Shown one piece after another: positions 9,221 to 17,168 of a DNA stretch of 64,000 nucleotides (position 1 is its first letter; each line of letters opens with the position of its first letter). The stretch lies in IMG/VR virus record IMGVR_UViG_3300040758_000214, positions 79,061 to 143,060 of that record; one strand, 5' to 3'. Position numbers and translations under genes: made by a program. The notes below the pieces were generated by a model, which saw only the letters and a program-made list of their open reading frames with translations, ran no database searches and had not been told where the DNA came from. This DNA is from a virus.

Positions 9221-11920
9221 TTAAAACTCCCCTAATAATATTTTGTCAAAAATTCCCTCATAGTTTCCAGAATTTAAAAGTCCCTTAATTATTGCAGATT
9301 TGGGATTCGAAAAAGCAATAGCAAGTAACCATGACTCATTTGTTGGAGCACTTTGGATTGAAAGGAACTTCGGTGTAACTTTATCTCTATTTTTCATTAA
9401 TCTCCATTTATAATGTCCGACCCACATTAATTGCGATACAATAGATTCAAAATGAACATGAAGTATTCCTTTGCTATTATTATAAACATCGAATAAATCA
9501 GAAACTAAATCTTCAGCAGTTTGGTCTTTTTTAAATTTATGGAATAAATCAGACACAATTTTTAAATCACTAATTACATCTGATTGTTCCATATCAACAG
9601 ATCCTTCTTTAATATTTGCTACACCTGATAAGTGGAAGGTACGTAAGGTCAATTGTGTAGTGCACTCCCCCAAAGATTGCGCTCCAAGGATACCTATATA
9701 CTTACTATCATTTAATTTATGAGTATTTCCATAACATGTTAGACAAATTTCTGGTGATGTGCAATATATTGGGCTTCTCACTTTTAACATTTGACCAACT
9801 AATTCTGAGCATTTATTTAATGTAATTAATTCTAATTTATCATTATTTAAATAATATTTATTCACTAACATTTTTGCTTTATTTAAATTTTTAACATATA
9901 CATTTAAATAATCTTTAGTTTCGCAATCCTTTAAATTTTTATTTAATAAAAGATTAACTCCAGTGAATATTAATTTTCTTGATAAATATCCAGAAGTTCC
10001 AGTATTTAAAGCAACATCTAATAATCCTTTTCTACAACCATAAGTTGAATTGAAGAATTCTTCTTCTGTTAATCCATCAAGTAAATTATTTTTAATTGCT
10101 TTAGGATATATTTCTCCATTAAAATTAGATACATATCCTCTGGTTAAAATCATTTGTTTTGCCTGATCCCAATTTCCACGAGCTCCTGAGTCAATTAAGT
10201 ACGAATACTCAAAATTTTCTCTTAATGAATTTTCAATTTCAGGACTTGATAATTTATTAATTTGAGTCATTATATCATTAGACTCATAAATTGAATCTTT
10301 CAATTCTTGAACATTTGGAATTTCACAATGATTTAGAGAAATAGTAGGAGCAAAAATTGTTGCATATTTGAATCCAACTTCTTTAATTTTATCTAGAGTT
10401 TGAACTGTTATATTTTCTGGCCAATTATTTTTAATACCATTTAATATTTTTATCAGATTCTTTTTTATAACTATTTCATTTATTACCGGAAAATCTTCTG
10501 GCAAACATTCATTAAAGATTTTCATTCCTTCTGTAATTTCAATTCCTTTATATACAACTTTATTTAATAATGATGAAATTTTATTAGATGTAAGTGCATA
10601 TAATCCCAATATTATATCTTGAGAAGGAACTGTAGCTAAACTTTCATTTGCAGGACTTGTTAAATTTTTAGTAACTATTAATTTATCTAATGTTTCTTGT
10701 TTTGTCTTTTCTGTGATGGGAATATACACAGCCATCTGGTCTCCATCAAAATCTGCATTGAATCCTGAGCAAACTAATGGATGAATTTTAATAACATTAT
10801 CTAATGAAGTTTTAATTTTAAATCCACAAATACTAAGTCTATGAAGAGATGGTTGTCTATTTAACAAACATACTTCACCTTTAACAATTTCAGAGATATC
10901 ATTGAATAAATCTGGTTTTTTCAATTCGATACAATTATCTATAAAATCAATTGCATCATTTAATAATTTAAATTTACTATGTTCTATTAATCTTTTTGCT
11001 AATGGTAATTTGAATAACTCTAAAACCATAACATATGGAAGAACACATTCATCTAAATTTAATTTTGGATCAGGAATAATAACTGCTCTTCCTGAGAAAT
11101 CAATTCTTTTACCTAATATATTTCCTCTTATTAATCCTTCTTTTTTACTAAGTTTTGTAACTATATGCGCATATAATTCATTTACATCTTTTTGTAATTG
11201 CCTAAAATATTGATAATAGAATTGTTTACTATGTTCTATATCTACAATTGTATTTTGCATTGTTTCTTTTTTTGTTAAAATTTGCATATAATATCTATTT
11301 ATTTCATCTACAATTTGATTATTCTTTTCAGATCCTTTTGCAGCTGGTCTTAAATCAGGTGGTAAAACTATAATATTTCTTATTAATAATGTATCAATAT
11401 TATCTCTAATTAATTTCCATGCAGGAATATCATCTGCTAATGCTATTGAAATTCCATTAACCATTTCATAAATTGCTTCAGTTCTTTCCCATATTCTACA
11501 TCCTGCTTTTACATTTTCTAATTCCTTTACTACAACATAATCATCTCCATCTTTATATAAAATACTTTTTTCATCTTTTAATAATAAGTCTATAGAATTC
11601 ATTAAAGATGAGCCACCTAAAGTGGTAAGTAAATCATAAAATACTGGATTCATAACTTTAATTGGAATTACAATTTTGGCAAATCTTCTTCTTCTTTCAT
11701 AACTATTTACAATATCAACTTGACATACATTACATGCTCCACCATCTGCTCTAGATATACCAAAGTAAGTTCCACACTGACAAGTATAGTTTCTTAATGG
11801 TCCAAAAATCTGTTCAGAAAATAAACCATTAGGATGATAATTCTTTTTGTCCATCATTTTAATGGATGAAACTTCCTTTAAATTTTCACAGAAAGCATTG
11901 ATGTTTAGAAGAGTTGGCAT
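9221..11920 (-). CDS. DNA-directed RNA polymerase beta' subunit-like (phage set 1)
   Basis: N-terminal Zn finger (CQC...CNVC), GKRIDFSGRAVI, NRQPSLH, catalytic NADFDGD, bridge helix TSGYLSRKL, trigger loop TQLTLRTFH. Confidence 0.95.
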   Translation of the reverse strand: MPTLLNINAFCENLKEVSSIKMMDKKNYHPNGLFSEQIFGPLRNYTCQCGTYFGISRADGGACNVCQVDIVNSYERRRRFAKIVIPIKVMNPVFYDLLTTLGGSSLMNSIDLLLKDEKSILYKDGDDYVVVKELENVKAGCRIWERTEAIYEMVNGISIALADDIPAWKLIRDNIDTLLIRNIIVLPPDLRPAAKGSEKNNQIVDEINRYYMQILTKKETMQNTIVDIEHSKQFYYQYFRQLQKDVNELYAHIVTKLSKKEGLIRGNILGKRIDFSGRAVIIPDPKLNLDECVLPYVMVLELFKLPLAKRLIEHSKFKLLNDAIDFIDNCIELKKPDLFNDISEIVKGEVCLLNRQPSLHRLSICGFKIKTSLDNVIKIHPLVCSGFNADFDGDQMAVYIPITEKTKQETLDKLIVTKNLTSPANESLATVPSQDIILGLYALTSNKISSLLNKVVYKGIEITEGMKIFNECLPEDFPVINEIVIKKNLIKILNGIKNNWPENITVQTLDKIKEVGFKYATIFAPTISLNHCEIPNVQELKDSIYESNDIMTQINKLSSPEIENSLRENFEYSYLIDSGARGNWDQAKQMILTRGYVSNFNGEIYPKAIKNNLLDGLTEEEFFNSTYGCRKGLLDVALNTGTSGYLSRKLIFTGVNLLLNKNLKDCETKDYLNVYVKNLNKAKMLVNKYYLNNDKLELITLNKCSELVGQMLKVRSPIYCTSPEICLTCYGNTHKLNDSKYIGILGAQSLGECTTQLTLRTFHLSGVANIKEGSVDMEQSDVISDLKIVSDLFHKFKKDQTAEDLVSDLFDVYNNSKGILHVHFESIVSQLMWVGHYKWRLMKNRDKVTPKFLSIQSAPTNESWLLAIAFSNPKSAIIKGLLNSGNYEGIFDKILLGEF

Positions 11921-11948
11921 CTCTTAGCTCCTTTATTTAATTTTATTA

Positions 11949-12206
11949 TTAAAAATTTTCGATTATATATGTAGCTAATGCATTGAAGTGTTCTTTTACA
12001 ATTTGTGCTGTGATTTTATGTATCTCGGGAATAATTTCTTGAACTATTTCTTTTACTTCATCTCTTGTTAAAATTTCTCCTTTTTCTTCAAGAGCTATAT
12101 TTATTTTACTTTCAATTTCAGAATCTAATAATTCATAAAATGAATTTTTTGATTCTATTAATCCTTTATTTTTTTTCATCAGAAACTCCTTTAACCTGCT
12201 TTTCAA
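11949..12206 (-). CDS. hypothetical protein
   Basis: 85-aa ORF upstream of beta'. Confidence 0.55.
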   Translation of the reverse strand: MKSRLKEFLMKKNKGLIESKNSFYELLDSEIESKINIALEEKGEILTRDEVKEIVQEIIPEIHKITAQIVKEHFNALATYIIENF

Positions 12207-12348
12207 TTAATTTTTTTGTACGAATCGAAAAAACATCTACCATCATTCCGAAAGACTTATTCACAAACTTTTTTAAACTATCAGAAATATCATCAATTAA
12301 TTCATGAGCTGTTGTTTCTAATTTACTTTTTTCTTTATTATCAGGCAT
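12166..12348 (-). CDS. hypothetical protein
   Basis: 60-aa ORF overlapping neighbours. Confidence 0.5.
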   Translation of the reverse strand: MPDNKEKSKLETTAHELIDDISDSLKKFVNKSFGMMVDVFSIRTKKLIEKQVKGVSDEKK

Positions 12349-12844
12349 ATATCAATTTCTCCTTTTCTACATCATTTTCATCATAACCATTTATGTTCCA
12401 AATAAATCTTTTATTATTTTTTTGTTTTTCTTTATGAATTCTAAAACTAAAATTTTTTGGATCTGATATATTAATAAATTCAAAACAATTCCAATATGAT
12501 TTATAAAAGGTATTATAATTATAAGTTAAGAATTGATGTTCTATTATTTCTAAATCAGAATCTATTTCAAATAAATTTTGTTTAAAGAATTCTTGTATAC
12601 AAAATATATTGGTAACTGGATTTTTATTTGGGTGAGGATTTTTAAACATTATAGATTCCAAATATCCATTTTTTAATTTTATCTCATATTTATTAATAAT
12701 GAATTTATAAGGTATTTTTATTATTTCATATTTTTTTTCATTCTTAATTAATATTTTAGGAATAATGAAACAATTAACTTTTATATGAATGATATTGATC
12801 TTATTTTCAACACTTGCTTTAATCAATTCTATTTTGTTTAGCAT
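12341..12844 (-). CDS. putative E2/UBC-like protein
   Basis: PHPNKNPVTNIFCI resembles the UBC HPN-x7/8-C active-site signature; directly downstream of an E1-like gene. Confidence 0.45.
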   Translation of the reverse strand: MLNKIELIKASVENKINIIHIKVNCFIIPKILIKNEKKYEIIKIPYKFIINKYEIKLKNGYLESIMFKNPHPNKNPVTNIFCIQEFFKQNLFEIDSDLEIIEHQFLTYNYNTFYKSYWNCFEFINISDPKNFSFRIHKEKQKNNKRFIWNINGYDENDVEKEKLIYA

Positions 12845-12858
12845 AAGTATATGTCTCC

Positions 12859-13731
12859 TTATGCCGAAATAGTTTGAGTAATAATTTTTACTAAATATTT
12901 ATTCTGTCTTGCTAAAGGCATACAAACTCTATAAGTCATATTTTTATCTATTAACATTGATAAAATCTGTTCTCTAACATCATCAACATCTTTTAATTGT
13001 GTCATTCTTATTTCTTTTATATTTTCTTTTTTTTCATCTTTTAGAGAAAATAATATTGGAAACTTTTTATTTCTTTCTATAATATCGGATACATGAAGAT
13101 CTAAATCTTCTAATATTTCATCACTATCATGACTTTCAAATATAACATTGACTCCATCATTATAATTTTTAAATTCATAAAAGTCAGATTTTGTTAAATC
13201 TAAATCAATTGAATATAATTTTTTTAAATCTACTAATTCTTTAATCATTCCACTTTCAAAATATTGAGTAGCCATTAATGCAGCCATTTCAATTTTAGAT
13301 TTACTAAGTTCTACAGAATATCTTGTATTTACTAATGGCTTATATGTAATATTTTTTCTACAATCTAAAACTAAAAAATCCGAATATTGAAAATACATTT
13401 TAACATCAACTCTATTATTTCTATTATTAAAATTATCAGTGCAATCTATAATTAAATCAATATTATTCGGGATTATAGTATGATCTATAAAATTTGTTTT
13501 AGAAACAATAACTTTAATATCTTTATAATCTCTAAGTATTTTATTTCTAATTGGATAAACTTTTCCTTGCCCGATATCATTTTGATTATATAATGAATTA
13601 ATCAAATTTTTCTCATTGACAATATCTGAATCATATAATAATAATTCTTTAACACAACCAGATTTAGCTAAATGATATGAAAAGAAACTCCCCAACGATC
13701 CAACTCCAGCAATTAAAATCCTATTAAACAT
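12859..13731 (-). CDS. ThiF/E1-like adenylation-domain protein (divergent second copy)
   Basis: IAGVGSLG nucleotide-binding loop, DSDIVNEKNL, IIDCTDN. Confidence 0.8.
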   Translation of the reverse strand: MFNRILIAGVGSLGSFFSYHLAKSGCVKELLLYDSDIVNEKNLINSLYNQNDIGQGKVYPIRNKILRDYKDIKVIVSKTNFIDHTIIPNNIDLIIDCTDNFNNRNNRVDVKMYFQYSDFLVLDCRKNITYKPLVNTRYSVELSKSKIEMAALMATQYFESGMIKELVDLKKLYSIDLDLTKSDFYEFKNYNDGVNVIFESHDSDEILEDLDLHVSDIIERNKKFPILFSLKDEKKENIKEIRMTQLKDVDDVREQILSMLIDKNMTYRVCMPLARQNKYLVKIITQTISA

Positions 13732-13741
13732 AATACTCCTT

Positions 13742-13975
13742 CTACTGCTTGAAATTCTCCATCCGTTCTACAATATCATTAATTTCGCCTTGTAAAAACT
13801 TAACTTCTGACAAACTAAGTCTTCCTAGTTTTAAAAATTTTCCGTCATTTGATATTCTTGTCAATTGTAATTTAGGGGCTCCACCCTTATAAGAATAAAC
13901 TTCACCTTTAATATTAACATCATCTTCTAAAGGTTTAATTTCAAATAATAATTTGTCATCTTCTTGATTATACAT
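13742..13975 (-). CDS. small protein, possibly PC4/YdbC-like ssDNA-binding
   Basis: 'VYSYKGGAPKLQLTR...KLGRLSLSE' resembles the PC4-like pattern; weak. Confidence 0.4.
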   Translation of the reverse strand: MYNQEDDKLLFEIKPLEDDVNIKGEVYSYKGGAPKLQLTRISNDGKFLKLGRLSLSEVKFLQGEINDIVERMENFKQ

Positions 13976-13994
13976 TTATATCTCCTATGTTTAA

Positions 13995-14026
13995 TGAAAA
14001 GGGATATTTTTACATATCCCTTTTCA
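13995..14026 (-). terminator. intrinsic terminator-like hairpin
   Basis: TGAAAAGGGATAT...ATATCCCTTTTCA inverted repeat ending in a U-rich stem on the minus strand. Confidence 0.6.
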
Positions 14027-14045
14027 ATTTTATTAAACAACTTTA

Positions 14046-14507
14046 TTATTCGGAATAGATATCTATATGATCAGGCATGTATTCACTTTTGAATTGAAAA
14101 TATTTTGCTGCTACTTTTATGGGATAACTCTTTGGAACATCTATTTTTATTCCAGATTTATCATTTTTCTTTGCTGGACAAAATAATAAATTATTTTGAA
14201 TGGCTTCTTGTGCAGCTCTTTCTAATTTTTCAGAATCTGAAATAATAATTTTTTCAATCCAAAATTCAACATTCCTATCAGGGATTATTTCATATGAATT
14301 TTCTCCGCTCATTAAAGCTTTCATTGCTCTTCCAAAAGCAATATTTCTAGATTTCTTTCTAATATGATTATCTAGAATTGAACAGATAGAAATTCCCCTT
14401 GCAATTAATTTTCTATCTGCATCTTCAATTTCACATACTGTAAATGCATTATTTAGTATGTCAGTTTTTTTATATGAATATCTTATTCTTAGATTACTCA
14501 CGTCCAT
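14046..14507 (-). CDS. conserved phage hypothetical protein
   Basis: 'ARGISICSILD...SRNIAFGRA' pattern seen in phage proteins. Confidence 0.6.
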   Translation of the reverse strand: MDVSNLRIRYSYKKTDILNNAFTVCEIEDADRKLIARGISICSILDNHIRKKSRNIAFGRAMKALMSGENSYEIIPDRNVEFWIEKIIISDSEKLERAAQEAIQNNLLFCPAKKNDKSGIKIDVPKSYPIKVAAKYFQFKSEYMPDHIDIYSE

Positions 14508-14531
14508 ATCTATCTCCAGACTATGTTTTTT

Positions 14532-14563
14532 AGGGATGCATTACTTTAATATAATGCATCCCT
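14532..14563. other. stem-loop downstream of the Ubl gene (stabiliser or terminator)
   Basis: AGGGATGCATTA / TAATGCATCCCT perfect 12-bp inverted repeat; no U-tract on the minus strand. Confidence 0.55.
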
Positions 14564-14578
14564 TCCAATTAATAAAAA

Positions 14579-15223
14579 TTACCCTTTACGGCCACTAGTT
14601 TTCAGATATTCAAGATTATCATTTTCCTGAATAACATAATTCAATCCTACTTCTTTTCCACACGCAAGGGCACGAGGAATATTGCTACCAATATTCAGAA
14701 CTTCCTTAAGAAACTCTGCAACCTGTCCAACAGTTTTTCCGATTACATTAAAATTCCCAGAGGAAGCTCCACAAGAAACATGAATAGTGGATTTAATTCT
14801 ATCGGATGAAGAATTAGGATTAACAACAGTATTCTTCATTGTTATTTCCATCGTAGAAATACCACCAATTGACGGACCAGTAACTGTGGATCTTACAGGA
14901 GCACTAGCCACACCAATCTTAGAAAGAATAGCTGCAACTAATTCATCCTTAGGTTTTTTACTCATTCCAGAAATACTAAGTTCCTGACAAATTTCACGAA
15001 GATCAGAATTGGTCAACTCTAGAAGACCTTCTTTTGTATAACGAGGAGCTGTAGCAGAAGAAGTCTGATTGTTGGCGGTTGAACCAGCCTTGGATAAAAT
15101 TGCTTCCATGATAACATCTTTACGTGCTTTACTCATTCCAGTGATACCAAGACTCTGGCAAATTTCACGAAGCTCACCATTGGTTTTTTCAACTAATTCG
15201 CCATAATTATAAGTTCTTGCCAT
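14579..15223 (-). CDS. tandem Rho-N/HeH domains fused to a C-terminal ubiquitin-like (beta-grasp) domain
   Basis: Two repeats 'T..[ED]LREICQ.L.I[TS]GMSK..KD....AILSK'; C-terminal ~70 aa 'IHVSCG...KTVGQV...L...VIQENDNLEYLKTSGRKG*' ending in Gly. Confidence 0.8.
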   Translation of the reverse strand: MARTYNYGELVEKTNGELREICQSLGITGMSKARKDVIMEAILSKAGSTANNQTSSATAPRYTKEGLLELTNSDLREICQELSISGMSKKPKDELVAAILSKIGVASAPVRSTVTGPSIGGISTMEITMKNTVVNPNSSSDRIKSTIHVSCGASSGNFNVIGKTVGQVAEFLKEVLNIGSNIPRALACGKEVGLNYVIQENDNLEYLKTSGRKG

Positions 15224-15316
15224 TTGTAATTCTCCTATTCATTTTTTGGTTTTTACTACAATTAAAGTTATCCTTGTATAGAAAGGATTCTTAATTTAAA
15301 ATTGTATAATTTGGTC

Positions 15317-16006
15317 TTACTTTTTCAATTCTCTAGACTTTGAATCTACTTTCATTGTTGTAATGTCAAAATATGCTTCTGAGTTTTTATAATTTTCCTG
15401 CAATACATTATAAAACGCACAGCACATTAGTGTTGCCGCAGCTAAATTGGTAAAATATAATTGAGGTTCACCAGCTGCAGATAATTCTTGGCAACTCATT
15501 TCATCTGGTGATTTATCATCAGGTTCATCAATTTCTGGATGATAATCAGTCAAACTTGGCGTTAAATCTTCACCTCCTTTTCTTACATATATTTGAACAT
15601 TACCATCTACATAATCATTCCCCCCGGAGATTAATGTAATGTTGTTCAAACTTTTTGAATAATCTGATACAAGTTTTCTAGTTTTATGATTATCAACCGC
15701 TAAAAATACAGTATCACCATCTTCAATCAAAGTATCAATTACATCTTTATTTACATAAAATGGAAATGATTTAAATTCAATATTATTAAATTTAGATTGA
15801 AGTTCAAATGATTTCACTTGTGCCTTATTTCCCATATTGGAAAAATCTTGTCTTTCAAAATTTTTGGTTTCATATTCATCACCATCAATTAAAGTCACAT
15901 TTGCTTTGGTATTTGAATAATTAATAAACCTTGAAATTTTTTCTGATAAAATAGATCCAATTCCTCCTAATCCAATAATTTTAATCGTATGGCCAGAGTG
16001 GTACAC
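15317..16006 (-). CDS. ThiF/E1-like activating enzyme
   Basis: IGLGGIG, DGDEYETKNFERQ, AVDNHKTR, candidate catalytic Cys in EMSCQEL. Confidence 0.9.
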   Translation of the reverse strand: MYHSGHTIKIIGLGGIGSILSEKISRFINYSNTKANVTLIDGDEYETKNFERQDFSNMGNKAQVKSFELQSKFNNIEFKSFPFYVNKDVIDTLIEDGDTVFLAVDNHKTRKLVSDYSKSLNNITLISGGNDYVDGNVQIYVRKGGEDLTPSLTDYHPEIDEPDDKSPDEMSCQELSAAGEPQLYFTNLAAATLMCCAFYNVLQENYKNSEAYFDITTMKVDSKSRELKK

Positions 16007-17168
16007 TTATAAGCTCCTCTGTTTCTATAATTTTACTACGATCATCTTTTTCTTTTTTGGTTATAAATGTATCATCTTTTTTGCATTTTTTAATCATACC
16101 TAATAATTCTTTTTCATCTTTAGCAAACTTTAAATTACATTTATAACATGGATTAAAATATTTAGATTGTTGTGATTTAATGGCAGATGATGATATAGTT
16201 TGAGGTAAATTAGGTGTATGAATAGTTTTCTTTTGATTATACTCATGATCATCTACACCACCATTAACTCTATTCATATACCTATAAAACCACATATCAT
16301 TTTCAAGGTCATCATTTATATTTCCACCATATCCACCATCACTATAAAAACTATATCCATTATTATGTTGTCCATATCCTCCAAAACTATAAGCTTTTCT
16401 GAAATTATATTTCTCAACATTTATTAACCATTTTGGATCACATTCTACACTTGATAAATGTTGTGAAATTATATATCCTGTTGTAGTTTTCATTTCCTTT
16501 TGATAAACTTTTTCTTTCCCAATTACTTCATATTTTGGTCTAAACATTGACTTAAAATATTTTGTATATTCAGTTTTATAAACTCCATCAATATAATCCA
16601 ATGGATCAACTTCAACTCTATAACCATTTGACGCTATGGATGCTACAATTTTATGAGTATCAGAATCAATTTCTCCAACAGTAATATGCAAACCATCAAA
16701 ATCTTCTTCATCATGAGTATCTGTTCCAGAGTGAAAGGCGCTGAATCCTGGATGACTATGAATTGAACATACTGGTTGATAATTTTTTATAGATATCTGA
16801 TAATTATCTTCCACATTAACACTTGCTCCTGAAACTGATTGCTCTGGAATATGCACCTTAAATGCCTTTTTCTTTGGATTATAATAAATAATTGCTAATC
16901 CTTCTGCTCTATGCCCATGATATACTTTTTTGAAAAAGTCAAATATTTGTGCATATATAATTCCAGGAATTTTTGGAATATCCATTGATGCATAACATCC
17001 AATATCTTCTAGAAATGATATATTTTTTACTGGAACTAAACTATCTATTAATCCCATTTTTTTCTTTAAATATACACCACCTTTAGCGATAATATAACAT
17101 ATATCGTCTTTTGGCATTCCTTGTTCTTTATCAAATGTATATACATTAAACATACTATTATTAGACAT
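15981..17168 (-). CDS. JAB/MPN+ metallo-isopeptidase (prokaryotic JAB)
   Basis: JAMM motif E...HSHPGFSAFHSGTD (HxH-x7-S-x2-D). Confidence 0.9.
   Translation of the reverse strand: MSNNSMFNVYTFDKEQGMPKDDICYIIAKGGVYLKKKMGLIDSLVPVKNISFLEDIGCYASMDIPKIPGIIYAQIFDFFKKVYHGHRAEGLAIIYYNPKKKAFKVHIPEQSVSGASVNVEDNYQISIKNYQPVCSIHSHPGFSAFHSGTDTHDEEDFDGLHITVGEIDSDTHKIVASIASNGYRVEVDPLDYIDGVYKTEYTKYFKSMFRPKYEVIGKEKVYQKEMKTTTGYIISQHLSSVECDPKWLINVEKYNFRKAYSFGGYGQHNNGYSFYSDGGYGGNINDDLENDMWFYRYMNRVNGGVDDHEYNQKKTIHTPNLPQTISSSAIKSQQSKYFNPCYKCNLKFAKDEKELLGMIKKCKKDDTFITKKEKDDRSKIIETEELISVPLWPYD

Noticed and set aside
5708-11920. Bacterial chromosomal rpoBC locus
   Set aside because: Reversed gene order, short divergent subunits, no ribosomal-protein neighbours, phage-type gene context
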